Positions 10,321 to 20,296 of a DNA stretch of 64,000 bases are shown one piece after another (within the stretch, counting starts at the first letter, position 1; each line of letters begins with the position of its first letter). A program made the translations under genes and the position numbers. The stretch comes from Acidobacteriaceae bacterium (GTDB lineage: Bacteria; Acidobacteriota; Terriglobia; Terriglobales; Acidobacteriaceae). The notes under the pieces are model-generated. The model searched no databases, had not been told where the DNA came from, and worked only from the letters and a program-made list of their open reading frames with translations. The DNA lies in the NCBI GenBank assembly GCA_027311125.1, contig DAICZO010000162.1:92-64091 (forward strand), read 5' to 3'.

Positions 10321-12741
10321 ATGAGACGAGATGCGGAAACATGGGAGCAGTTGCAGGCTCTGTTCCACCTGGCCGAACAGGCCCCGGAAGAGGAACGCGA
10401 ACAGATATTGACACAGAATTGCGCCGACCCCGAGGTTCTCGAAAGAGTGATGGCCATCTTTCGCGGAGCTCATGTCGAGGTGGGGCCAGAGGTAACGGAT
10501 TCCCGGAGCGGGGCTGTATCGAGCAGCAAGGTTGGCCCGTACACCATCATTCGGCTTCTTGGTACCGGAGGCCTTGGATCGGTGTACTTGGTCGAAAGAA
10601 TAGCAGGCGGCGTCGTACAACGAGCTGCGCTGAAGGTGCTTGCGCCTCATGCGGCGGGCTCAGCCTTCATCGAGCGGTTTCACCGAGAGCAGCACATCCT
10701 CGCGTCGTTGGAACATCCCAACATCACCCGGATGCTGGACGCTGGACTCGGCAACGACGGTCAACCCTATCTGGTGATGGAGTTCGTCAATGGAGTTCAC
10801 CTGGATGCATTTTGCAATGACAAGATGCTCGGGATCACCGAACGGCTTGAGCTGTTTCTCCAGGTCTGTGAGGCTATTGCGTACGCCCATCGCAACCTGA
10901 TTGTTCATCTGGACCTGAAACCTTCGAACATTCTGGTCACGCCTGACGGAACTGTGAAGCTGCTGGATTTTGGTACCTCGAAGTTGATCAATCCAGACAG
11001 TCTGCTGACTACAACGATTACGGCAACTCCCGCTTACGCCAGCCCGGAACAACTGCGGAACGACCCGGTGACGACCTCCTGCGATATCTATTCGCTCGGA
11101 GTGATCTTGTTTGAACTTCTATCTGGACACCGTCCCAACGACAAGTCGTCAGTGGCCATCATGATCGAGCGCGCCATGAGGGAGCAGGAACCCGAGAGCC
11201 TGCAACACAGCATCACGGAATCGGCGGCAATCAATCGCGGACTGACCGCAAGCCGGCTGCGGTCAGTCTTGAGCGGCGATCTAGCGACCATTGCCGGCAA
11301 ATGTCTGCGTCCGCGGCCTATGGATAGGTATCCTTCTCTCGACGCGTTAGCCGGTGACATTCAGCGCTACATGGATGGCAGGCCGGTACTGGCCCAACGC
11401 CAGACAAAGATCTACAGAATCGGCAAGTTCGTTCGCCGCAATCGGAAGGCGGTCGCAGCCTTCCTGCTGATGAACGTAATCATTCTGGGAAGCCTGGGTT
11501 ACGGAGCCTGGAGACAGCAACAGGCAATACGCGAAGGACAACGAGCGCTTCGCATGCAGACCTTCCTGTACCGCCTCTTCAAGCTTGCGAACTCAAACTA
11601 CACCGGCAAACCAGCCGCGACTGTGCCCGAGTTCTTACAGCTTGGTGTCAGGATGCTGCCTGACTACATCAAGAATCCTGCAGACTTACGCGAGGCGCAG
11701 TTGGGGCTTGCCGAATCGATGTATGAAAATGGCGATCTCGACGATGCGCAGAGGCTGTTCACAACTACGATCACCAGCGCGAAGGCGGCTGGAGACCTGA
11801 ACGCCGAGGCCGAGTCGGAAGCATTCTCTGGAAATATCGCGTACCTGCAAGGACAGATGGACCTGGGGAAGACCCTAACCGCCCATGCGCTCGAGCTGTC
11901 CCGACACCGCGACATAACGCCTACAGTGCGAGTCTGGAGTGAAATCTACTATGCGTGGAATCGTGAAGATAATGGTTTCCGTGATGACGAAAATGTTCGT
12001 TTGCTTCGATCCGCGGTGAAAGAGGCCCGTGATCATAATCTCTCGCCCCACGAGACCGCCGATGCGCTCTATAACCTGGGAAGCGATCTGGAGTTGCGCG
12101 GAAGCCTGGATGAGGCAGAGCAGGTGTTTCTAGAGGCTTCGCAGGTATACGGCGAGGACCCCTCCGCGCTGTGCGATCAGTCTGAAGTGTTTGGAGACAT
12201 CGCCTACATCAACGACATGCGCGGAAACATACCTGCCAGCCTGCCGCTCTATCAGCGCGCCTATGACGGTTACAAGCAGTGCTCGGGTCCGGACAGCAGG
12301 GGAGCGCTGACCGAACAGGAGTATCTGGCGGGAGCCCTCATCAAGCTCGGGCGTCCACAAGAGGCATTGCCCATGATGCAAGCCGCGATGCCGATATGGA
12401 GAAAGATGATCGGCAACAGCCCGGACTTAGCTGAGCCACTGAACTTTCTAGCCCTGGCCGATGTGGAAACAGGCCATTTCGCCGAGGGGGAGAAGGTCGC
12501 ACAGGAGATGGTGGAAGTACAGACCGGCAAGGTGGAGGCGAGCGATAGGCGGTTTGGGGCTTCGCACATGCTGTGGGCTCGTGCGCTTGCCGGTCAAGGG
12601 AAGTACCGGGAGGCACTTCCCCATGCGGAAATCGCGGATCGGCTGTTGGCGAAGGGGGCGGTGTCCGCTGGGGGCCAGAAAGCGGGGTCTGACGCTCACC
12701 ATGAGCTGCTCGCCATTCAATCCAAGCTGGCTGCAAAGTAA
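10321..12741 (+). CDS. Membrane Ser/Thr protein kinase with C-terminal TPR-like domain, copy 1
   Basis: GTGGLGSVY, ALK, HLDLKPSN, DFG, YASPEQ; one TM segment after RRNRK; helical TPR-like C-terminus. Confidence 0.93.
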   Translation: MRRDAETWEQLQALFHLAEQAPEEEREQILTQNCADPEVLERVMAIFRGAHVEVGPEVTDSRSGAVSSSKVGPYTIIRLLGTGGLGSVYLVERIAGGVVQRAALKVLAPHAAGSAFIERFHREQHILASLEHPNITRMLDAGLGNDGQPYLVMEFVNGVHLDAFCNDKMLGITERLELFLQVCEAIAYAHRNLIVHLDLKPSNILVTPDGTVKLLDFGTSKLINPDSLLTTTITATPAYASPEQLRNDPVTTSCDIYSLGVILFELLSGHRPNDKSSVAIMIERAMREQEPESLQHSITESAAINRGLTASRLRSVLSGDLATIAGKCLRPRPMDRYPSLDALAGDIQRYMDGRPVLAQRQTKIYRIGKFVRRNRKAVAAFLLMNVIILGSLGYGAWRQQQAIREGQRALRMQTFLYRLFKLANSNYTGKPAATVPEFLQLGVRMLPDYIKNPADLREAQLGLAESMYENGDLDDAQRLFTTTITSAKAAGDLNAEAESEAFSGNIAYLQGQMDLGKTLTAHALELSRHRDITPTVRVWSEIYYAWNREDNGFRDDENVRLLRSAVKEARDHNLSPHETADALYNLGSDLELRGSLDEAEQVFLEASQVYGEDPSALCDQSEVFGDIAYINDMRGNIPASLPLYQRAYDGYKQCSGPDSRGALTEQEYLAGALIKLGRPQEALPMMQAAMPIWRKMIGNSPDLAEPLNFLALADVETGHFAEGEKVAQEMVEVQTGKVEASDRRFGASHMLWARALAGQGKYREALPHAEIADRLLAKGAVSAGGQKAGSDAHHELLAIQSKLAAK

Positions 12742-12787
12742 CGTCTCTTGATCACGAGACCCACCCCAAAGATAAATTGACTAGATC

Positions 12788-12827
12788 TGACGTGGTTTTC
12801 CTGCCTGCGGCGCGAACAGGGCAGGAG
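12788..12827 (+). promoter_or_regulatory. Candidate ECF promoter TGAC-N19-CGCG plus RBS GCAGGAG
   Basis: TGAC 12788-12791, CGCG 12811-12814, GCAGGAG 12821-12827; same layout at 60377-60416. Confidence 0.6.
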
Positions 12828-12834
12828 AATCCAC

Positions 12835-15800
12835 ATGACCTCAAGAAATGTCCTCCGCTTCCTCTTCACCCTGTCCGTCTCAATCGTGATTACTGCCTCC
12901 CACGCCCAGACTGCTTCCCTCGCTGGAAACCCTCTGGCAAAACCTGCTGCTCTGTCGCCCAAGCTTGCGGCCAACTACGGTAAGCTACCCCTGAACTTTG
13001 AGCCGAACCTCGGCCAGACCTCGACAGAGGTGCAGTGGCTGGCGCGTGGGGCCGACTACACCCTATTTCTGGCTGGACACGACGCCGTGCTGGAATTGAA
13101 CAAGATCACCCCGGCTAACCAGGGCGAAGGGCCGCATCCGACGATCAGCGAATCGGCCCTGCGGATGAACCTCATCGGCGCCCGCACGGCGGATAGTGCA
13201 AGCGGAGAAGAGCCGCTGCCGGGCAAGGCAAATTACTTCACCGGGAAGGACTCCTCAAAGTGGCAGCGTGATGTGCCGATGTATGGCAGAGTGCAGTTGC
13301 AGGGGGTATATCCGGGAATCAATCTGGCGTACTACGGTCGCCAAGGCCAGCTTGAGTATGACTTTGTTGTCACCGCTGGAGCGGACGCATCAGCGATTCG
13401 CCTGAGATTCGACGGCGCGACGGCGAAGCTGGCCGCGAATGGCGATCTCGTTCTGCCCGTTGCTGGCAGTGAAGTCCGCTTTGACAAGCCAGTTGTCTAC
13501 CAGATGAAAGATGGCGCCCGCCAGCCGGTAGACGGCAGCTTCGCGATCGCAGATAACCAGCAGGTGAGCTTCTTGCTCGGCGCGTACGACCACAGCCGCG
13601 AACTGATCATCGATCCCACCTTGCTCTTTCTCGGCACGCTGGGTGCGGGGAATCAGCAGTCGGTGCCGAACGGAATGGCCGTCGATTCCCTGGGAGAAAT
13701 CATCCTCACGGGCATCACCAATGACCTTACCTTTCCAACCACCACCGGTGCTCTGCAACCCAGCTGCACAAATGCCTCCGCCCCCTTTGTAACCGCCGGG
13801 TATCACCGCTGCGGACCGAGCAGCGCCAGTTCCGGCTTTGTGACCAAGATCAGCGCGGATGGCACATCCCTGGTCTATTCCACATACCTGCATGGACTGA
13901 GCGGACAAGAGTACGGCGACGCGGTTGCGACCGATGCTGGAGGAGACGCATACGTCCTCGGTGCGACCAGTTCGAACGACTTTCCAATCACGGCGGACGC
14001 CTACCAGACCTCCTGCCAGCCCTACTTTCCGCCCAACGGCTTCGCTCAACCTCAAACCTACCTGCCTGAGGAGTCAACGTGCGACGGATACTTCGCCGGA
14101 GGCGGTACCCAGTTCGTCTATCAGGGCCCTACTCTGTTTATCGCCAAGCTGAATCCGACCGGCTCCTCAATCCTGTACAGCACGTTTTTCGGTGGTACGA
14201 TTCCCACCTATCCCGTGGGGCTGGCACTCGACAGCTCGAACAACATCTACTTCGCCAGCTACTTGCAAAACGGCGAGCCAGCCAACAACGTTTATCCGGG
14301 CAGCTCTAACGTTCAGTTCCCGGTGACTGCCAACGCCTACCAGTCGGCTGGCGTTGGCGTCCAGACCGCAACCCTCTCCAAGTTGAGCGCGGATGGTCAT
14401 ACGCTGCTTTACTCCACCCTCATGGGAGGGATCACCACCAACACGTTTTTCGGATACACCCAGCCGTTAGCTTTGGCAGTCGGGCAGAATGGAATCGCCT
14501 TCCTTGGCGGCCTCACGCTGTCTGCGGAATTTCCTACAACTCCCGGTGTGGTTCGTCCGGCTTGCGTCGGGCAAACACCCAGCAACGGTGACTGCATGGG
14601 ATACACCGGCTTTCTGAGCGCGTTCGATACGACCCAGGCTGGCCGGTCGTCTCTGGTGTACTCCACTTACATCGGCGGCACCGAAACCGCTGCGGGTAAC
14701 TCCCCCCAGACCCAGGTCAATGGGCTGGCCGCAGACAGTGCCAACAATGTGTACGTCACTGGGTACACCTCCAGAATTGACTATCCCACCACGCCTGGCG
14801 CGTACCAGACCACCTGCGGCCACGCCAACGCGGCGAATGACTGCAGCGCGGCTTTCCTGACCAAAATCAACCCCTCGGGAACCAGTTATATCTGGTCAAC
14901 TTACTTCGGGGGAACCGCTGCAAGTCCCGCACCTGCCACCGGCAATGCCGTCGCGCTCGATGCGCAGGGTCGCGTGTACTTGTATGGCATGTCCCAGGAC
15001 GGCGGGGGCGACATTCCAACCGTCAATCCTGTGCAGGGTTACTTCAGCGGAAGCAAGCTTGTGATCGCGGCCTTCTCACCCGATGCTTCGCAGCTTCTCT
15101 TTGGGACTCGCCTCGGCAATACCTCCATCACGACCACCAGCAGTGAACTCCCAATCGCGAATAACGGAATTGCTGTCGATACAGCAGGGAATATCTACTT
15201 CGCTGGCCAAACCAACGACGCCGGCAGTATGCCCACCACTCCGGGCACGTACACCACCGCTGCGACAGCAGGATTCAACCGGGCCTTCTTCGGAAAGATC
15301 TCACCGATCTTCGCCTCTGACTCGACTACCCTGACGATCTCTCCATCATCAACAAACGTCGGGCAAAGCGTTACCTTCTCTGCCAAGGTCGCCGGAACTA
15401 CCCAGGCCACACCCGTGCCAACCGGAACGGTAACTTTGATGAATGTCAGCACCTCTCCTTCAACCGTAGTTGGGACGATCACTCTGGATGGAACCGGTGC
15501 TGGAACCTTGAGTACCAATGCTCTTCCCACCGGCACCTACAGCGTAACCGCCGCTTACTCCGGAGACGGCAACTACAGCGCGAGTACCTCATCCGCACAA
15601 TCGCTGACCGTCAGTAGCCCGGTTACTACATCAACCAAGCTGACGGTACTGCCAGGTGCTTCCCTGACCTACGGACAATCGGCGACGCTGACCGCAACAG
15701 TCACACAGAATGTAGGCGGCGTCCCGAAGGGTACGGTGACATTTACCGAGGGGAATCTGGTGCTCGGCACGGTTGCGCTCAACGGCTCCGGGCAAGCAAT

Positions 15801-16728
15801 GCTCACCAATACACCCCCTGCGGGAATTGGTACCGTCATCGCAACCTATAACGGCACTTCCCCTGCAAGTTCGAGCAGCGGTGTTCCAATCTCGGTCGCA
15901 AAAGCGGTGCTGACAGTGACGGCTAACAATGCAGCAATGGTCTACGGACAACCACTGCCGGTGTTCACCAGCAATATCACTGGCTTCGTAAACAGCGACC
16001 CACCTAACGTTGTGAGCGGTAGCGCAACCGAGACAACGACAGCAACTTCAACCTCGGTTCCCGGCATGTACTCGATCACCTTCGCGACTGAATCACTGAC
16101 GGCGACAAACTACACCTTCAACTATGTCAACGGGATGCTTACCATTTCAGGCGGCGCGGCACAGACGATAACCTTCAACCCACTGCCGAACCTGACGTTG
16201 GGAGCAGCCCCCTTCACGCTCACCGCAACGGCCAGTTCGGGCCTGGCCGTGAGCTATGTGTCGACGACGACAGCCTGCACGGTTTCTGGAGCGACTGTGA
16301 CTCTGGTCGCGACTGGAACCTGCACCATCCAGGCCAAACAATTGGGCAACGCTCTCTATGCAGCCGCCACGCCTGTCTCGCAGAGCCTGGTCGTCTCCTC
16401 CGCCTCATCGACGGGGCCGATCGTTCTAACCACCACAACGACCACGACCGGCTCCGCCACCAATGGCTACAAAGTCATGATCACGGTTAGGAACTCCGGA
16501 GCGAATGCTGTCAATGGTGTGACCCTCGGCGCGGCCATGCTTGGCTCCGCCTCGGGATCTCCGCTGCCACAAACGCTGGGATCTCTGGCCGCGGGTGCGT
16601 CGGGCACCTTCATGGTCCAGTTCCCCGGCAGCGCGGGCGCGGACGGCGCGCATGTGCTGCTCAAGTACTCGGGCAAATGCACCGGCGGCTCCTTTACCGG
16701 CAGCGTGCGGTCGCAACTGTTGCCATAG
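12835..16728 (+). CDS. Large secreted SBBP beta-propeller-repeat / Ig-like (Big_3, MBG-like) surface protein, copy 1
   Basis: Signal peptide; YGKLPLNFEPNLGQ, LEYDF, IIDP; repeated YSTY.GG and FPTT.GA units; Ig repeats with PTGTVT..YSGDGNY. Confidence 0.88.
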   Translation: MTSRNVLRFLFTLSVSIVITASHAQTASLAGNPLAKPAALSPKLAANYGKLPLNFEPNLGQTSTEVQWLARGADYTLFLAGHDAVLELNKITPANQGEGPHPTISESALRMNLIGARTADSASGEEPLPGKANYFTGKDSSKWQRDVPMYGRVQLQGVYPGINLAYYGRQGQLEYDFVVTAGADASAIRLRFDGATAKLAANGDLVLPVAGSEVRFDKPVVYQMKDGARQPVDGSFAIADNQQVSFLLGAYDHSRELIIDPTLLFLGTLGAGNQQSVPNGMAVDSLGEIILTGITNDLTFPTTTGALQPSCTNASAPFVTAGYHRCGPSSASSGFVTKISADGTSLVYSTYLHGLSGQEYGDAVATDAGGDAYVLGATSSNDFPITADAYQTSCQPYFPPNGFAQPQTYLPEESTCDGYFAGGGTQFVYQGPTLFIAKLNPTGSSILYSTFFGGTIPTYPVGLALDSSNNIYFASYLQNGEPANNVYPGSSNVQFPVTANAYQSAGVGVQTATLSKLSADGHTLLYSTLMGGITTNTFFGYTQPLALAVGQNGIAFLGGLTLSAEFPTTPGVVRPACVGQTPSNGDCMGYTGFLSAFDTTQAGRSSLVYSTYIGGTETAAGNSPQTQVNGLAADSANNVYVTGYTSRIDYPTTPGAYQTTCGHANAANDCSAAFLTKINPSGTSYIWSTYFGGTAASPAPATGNAVALDAQGRVYLYGMSQDGGGDIPTVNPVQGYFSGSKLVIAAFSPDASQLLFGTRLGNTSITTTSSELPIANNGIAVDTAGNIYFAGQTNDAGSMPTTPGTYTTAATAGFNRAFFGKISPIFASDSTTLTISPSSTNVGQSVTFSAKVAGTTQATPVPTGTVTLMNVSTSPSTVVGTITLDGTGAGTLSTNALPTGTYSVTAAYSGDGNYSASTSSAQSLTVSSPVTTSTKLTVLPGASLTYGQSATLTATVTQNVGGVPKGTVTFTEGNLVLGTVALNGSGQAMLTNTPPAGIGTVIATYNGTSPASSSSGVPISVAKAVLTVTANNAAMVYGQPLPVFTSNITGFVNSDPPNVVSGSATETTTATSTSVPGMYSITFATESLTATNYTFNYVNGMLTISGGAAQTITFNPLPNLTLGAAPFTLTATASSGLAVSYVSTTTACTVSGATVTLVATGTCTIQAKQLGNALYAAATPVSQSLVVSSASSTGPIVLTTTTTTTGSATNGYKVMITVRNSGANAVNGVTLGAAMLGSASGSPLPQTLGSLAAGASGTFMVQFPGSAGADGAHVLLKYSGKCTGGSFTGSVRSQLLP

Positions 16729-16818
16729 CGGGCGGGGGCTTGCCCCCGTTTCCACACCTCTCGCACCATGCAAGCCAAACTCTTTACGGAATGAAACCTC
16801 AGAATCCTGGAGAAAACA

Positions 16819-17358
16819 ATGAAGACCCTGAATCATACGTTGACCTTGGCCATAACAACCCTGTGCTTCCTGCTGGCCGCGACCATGGCCAAGGCGGACT
16901 CGATCTCCATCAACCTGATCTCCGCGACACAAAGCGGAAATGGAGGAGATATTCTCTCCTTCGATGCAACGGTCACGAATACCTCCGGCGCCACGGTGTA
17001 CTTCAACGGCGACAACACCTTCGCCCAGACACCCTTGACGCTGGATGACAGCCCCTTCCTCAACAACTACCCTTTACTTCTTGATCCGGGCAACTCCTAT
17101 ACAGGAGTGCTCTTCAATGTAGATCTTCCTGCCCTAATCCCATCTGGTTCATACTCTGGCTACTTCGACATCACCGGAGGCACCACCGCTACCTCCAGCG
17201 ATATCGTCGGCACTGCGGAATTCCAAGTGACTGTCGGTGCCGCCACTATTCCCGAGCCGTCGAGCCTTCTTCTGCTGGGTACTGGAGCTTTCGGCTTGCT
17301 CGGAATTGCTCAGACCAGAATCGCCACGCGCCGGAATCCGTTGCAGTCGAGACGATAA
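16819..17358 (+). CDS. PEP-CTERM sorting domain protein
   Basis: Signal peptide ending AKA-D; C-terminal IPEPSSLLLLGTG, TM segment and Arg-rich tail. Confidence 0.9.
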   Translation: MKTLNHTLTLAITTLCFLLAATMAKADSISINLISATQSGNGGDILSFDATVTNTSGATVYFNGDNTFAQTPLTLDDSPFLNNYPLLLDPGNSYTGVLFNVDLPALIPSGSYSGYFDITGGTTATSSDIVGTAEFQVTVGAATIPEPSSLLLLGTGAFGLLGIAQTRIATRRNPLQSRR

Positions 17359-17401
17359 GTTCTAAAATCCCCTGCGACAACTTGCAAGACTGACTCCAAC
17401 C

Positions 17402-17437
17402 CGTCGGGTTGAGCTGTGAGGCTCACCCGACGTGTTT
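17402..17437 (+). terminator. Stem-loop closing the first ECF cassette
   Basis: cgtcgggttgagc/gctcacccgacg inverted repeat followed by tgttt. Confidence 0.5.
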
Positions 17438-17696
17438 GATTCATCGCTCCGGTTGACCGTGGTTCCCTTGGCTGCCTATGCGGAGTCATGAGAAAGCCGT
17501 CCGCAGCATAGATGAACTAGATGTATGCCTTTTTCGTGACACTTGGCACTCTGCCTACGCGGATGGATCGTATTCGCGCCATCGAGAGACAAACTCCAAT
17601 GGTCGTCAGCTAAATTCAACTCCCGGCCGTTGATGGAAAACTGAACGTCTAGCCACGGGATCACTAAGCGCCGGAGACCGATTGGCTCCGTTGCAG

Positions 17697-18230
17697 CTAG
17701 CTGCGCCTGAACCTGAACTCACCCCCAATAGCCGCCAGGCTCTGGTGGTCCAACGCCAGCGCAGCCTGCGGAAAGACCTCCGACTCCTCAATCGCAATAT
17801 GCTCGGCATACAGCCGCTTCAGCCTACCCGTTTGAGCCAGCAGCCTCAGGTGTTGAGAGCTCTCCAGCGTCCCCGCCGATATCCATGCCGTGTACAGCCA
17901 ATCGACGGAGGCATGTAGCTCATTGGCATCGCCATGATCCCGCCGGAGCCGATCAATCAGCTCCACCCTCGCCCCCGCAGCTACTGCCAACAGCCGCGGA
18001 AACAGAGACTCTTCCTCATCCAGCGTATGTCGCTCGCCGCCTACATGGAAGTACTGTAGTGCCGCCTTCACTGCAGATCCTTCTTCCTCCGTTAAAGTGC
18101 GATTCCCTGTCCGCTCTGCAACTACGCAGAGTATGTCCAGGAAGTGCTCGATCCGCCGATGACAATCCTTCAACATTCCGATGGGGTCATCAAATCCACT
18201 GTCCGGCTTTGCACCTATCTGTACCGCCAT
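17697..18230 (-). CDS. Hemerythrin-domain protein
   Basis: DCHRRIE, HTLDEEESLFP, HGDANELH, HIAIEESEVFP; probable start MAVQIG. Confidence 0.85.
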   Translation of the reverse strand: MAVQIGAKPDSGFDDPIGMLKDCHRRIEHFLDILCVVAERTGNRTLTEEEGSAVKAALQYFHVGGERHTLDEEESLFPRLLAVAAGARVELIDRLRRDHGDANELHASVDWLYTAWISAGTLESSQHLRLLAQTGRLKRLYAEHIAIEESEVFPQAALALDHQSLAAIGGEFRFRRS

Positions 18231-18268
18231 TGGTCGCCTCTTCCAGCTCTTCATCTTTAGAAACCGCC

Positions 18269-18820
18269 CTAACTCAGCCCAACCGCAGCCTTGCTCATGA
18301 GCACCACTTCGATCTGCTCGCCGCCACCCACCGGCGCACTCACCCTCCCGGTCTCTCGATACCCCTTGCGCACATACAGCGACACCCCGGTAAGCGTACT
18401 CCCCATCTCAAACCGCCGAAACCCAGCCGCCACCGCCGCTTCCTCCGCCGCTTGCAGTAACGCACTCCCCACCCCCTGTCGCGCATACGCCGGATGCACA
18501 AAGATCGCACGAATCTTCGCCGCATCAACCCCTGGCTGCAACTGCTCCGGCTCCGACACCCGCGCAAAGTGGTCGCCACCATACAACGTCTTTCGGTAGC
18601 TCCAGCCTCCGCATCCCGCCAGCGACCCATCCTCCGCCACCGCCACCAGGTACGTCCCATCCGTAATTAACTGGCTATCGATCGTGAACACCGTTGCCAG
18701 CGCTCCTTCAATCTGTACCGCCGTATAGTCCCCAGCCTGCAGCCCCCGCACCGATGCGTCAATTAGCGCCGCAATCTCGGTTCGATCCGCCTCGGTCGCT
18801 GCGCGCAATAAAAATCTCAT
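18269..18820 (-). CDS. GNAT family N-acetyltransferase
   Basis: IFVHPAYARQGVGS acetyl-CoA-binding motif. Confidence 0.9.
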   Translation of the reverse strand: MRFLLRAATEADRTEIAALIDASVRGLQAGDYTAVQIEGALATVFTIDSQLITDGTYLVAVAEDGSLAGCGGWSYRKTLYGGDHFARVSEPEQLQPGVDAAKIRAIFVHPAYARQGVGSALLQAAEEAAVAAGFRRFEMGSTLTGVSLYVRKGYRETGRVSAPVGGGEQIEVVLMSKAAVGLS

Positions 18821-18905
18821 CCCTGCAGTCTACCCAAATTCATCCCATCCAAGCGCCGCAATAACCACCTTGCCCCACCCCGCGCGCAGGACTACACTGC
18901 CTTTC

Positions 18906-19838
18906 ATGCGACGCATCGTTCTTCCCCTCCTGCTGCTTGTCCTGGCCCTCGCTGCACCCTCCTGCCACGCGCAGGATTGGGCCAAAGTTCGTCTCGACGC
19001 CTCGCCCCGCCACCGGGAATGGGTCTCTCTCCAGCACGGCGACCGCACCCTGCAGGCCTACGTCGTGTATCCCGAAGTCAAAACCAAAGCCCCGGTCGTC
19101 CTCCTCATCCACGAGATCTTCGGCCTCTCCGACTGGGCCCGCGAGATGGCGGACGAACTCGCCGCCGCTGGCTACATCGTCATCGCTCCCGACCTGCTCT
19201 CCGGATTCGGCCCCAACCACGGCGGGTCCAGCGCCTTCCCCGACCAGGAGGCCACCGTCAAAGCCGTCTCCACCCTCGACCCCGCCACCGTCAACGCCGA
19301 CCTTGACGCCGCCGCCGACTATGCCAAAACCATTCCGGCCGCCAACGGCAAACTCTTCGTCACCGGCTTCTGCTGGGGCGGGGGCAAATCCTTCGCGTTC
19401 GCTACCCACCGGCACGACCTCGCCGCAGCCTTCGTCTTCTATGGCCCACCTCCACCCGACTCTGATCTCGCCAGAATCACCGCCCCAGTCTACGGCTTCT
19501 ACGCCGGCAACGACGCCCGCATCGGGGCAACCGTCCCCGCCACTATCACCGCCATGAAGGCCGCCCACAAAACCTTCGAACCCATCACCTACGACGGCGC
19601 AGGCCACGGCTTCATGCGCGCCGGCGAGGACCCCACCAACACCAATCTAGCCAACAAATCCGCCCGCGAACAAGCCTTCACCCGCCTCACCACTCTTCTC
19701 CAGCAGATCAACACCGCCAAAACCACCGCCGCCCTCACCACCCCCGAACCCCTCAAAGCCACCACCACCAAAGCCACCCCCGAAATCACCTGCCACGACC
19801 CCAACATGCAGATGACCTCAACCACCAACTCCATGTAA
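18906..19838 (+). CDS. Dienelactone hydrolase family protein
   Basis: HEIFGL, GFCWGG nucleophile elbow, AGHGF; signal peptide from ATG 18906. Confidence 0.9.
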   Translation: MRRIVLPLLLLVLALAAPSCHAQDWAKVRLDASPRHREWVSLQHGDRTLQAYVVYPEVKTKAPVVLLIHEIFGLSDWAREMADELAAAGYIVIAPDLLSGFGPNHGGSSAFPDQEATVKAVSTLDPATVNADLDAAADYAKTIPAANGKLFVTGFCWGGGKSFAFATHRHDLAAAFVFYGPPPPDSDLARITAPVYGFYAGNDARIGATVPATITAMKAAHKTFEPITYDGAGHGFMRAGEDPTNTNLANKSAREQAFTRLTTLLQQINTAKTTAALTTPEPLKATTTKATPEITCHDPNMQMTSTTNSM

Positions 19839-20296
19839 CCCAAAAAGGAATCACTCCCAGATACTTCTCCTCCACAACCAGCAGTAGCCGAGCGGCTGCA
19901 CCCACGACCACAGCTTCCGATTGCTTTAGATGCACAAGAAAACCAACGTGCAGTTCTACTAAGTCGGGCAAGGATGAAAATAGCTGATAGCGGAAGACGA
20001 TACGGCGGTGGATGCACGGAAGGCGCATTTAGTAAGCGAGTCACGTGGAAAGTTACACGGCTTCATTTTCATCATCAACACACTTGCCGTGCTTGACTGT
20101 ACTTTGCTTTTTCTAGCCTGAAAATATGTAAATCAGAGTATGTGGCATGATCCAGCCAGCGCTCCGACTCAAACGCAAGGGCAACAGCACGTCCATTGTG
20201 CTCAAAGCATGACAAACAGAGAGCATCCGATAGGTTGTAGTGCTGTAAAGGTGACGGGGATGGTGATGGCTGGAGCAACCCTGTAGGATTTGATGC

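Noticed and set aside
17537-17561. TGAC-N17-CGCG resembling the cassette promoter motif
   Set aside because: Spacing is 17 rather than 19 and no credible ORF follows
19840-20290. AT-richer intergenic gap as a possible ncRNA or gene relic
   Set aside because: No convincing structure, terminator or protein motif could be identified
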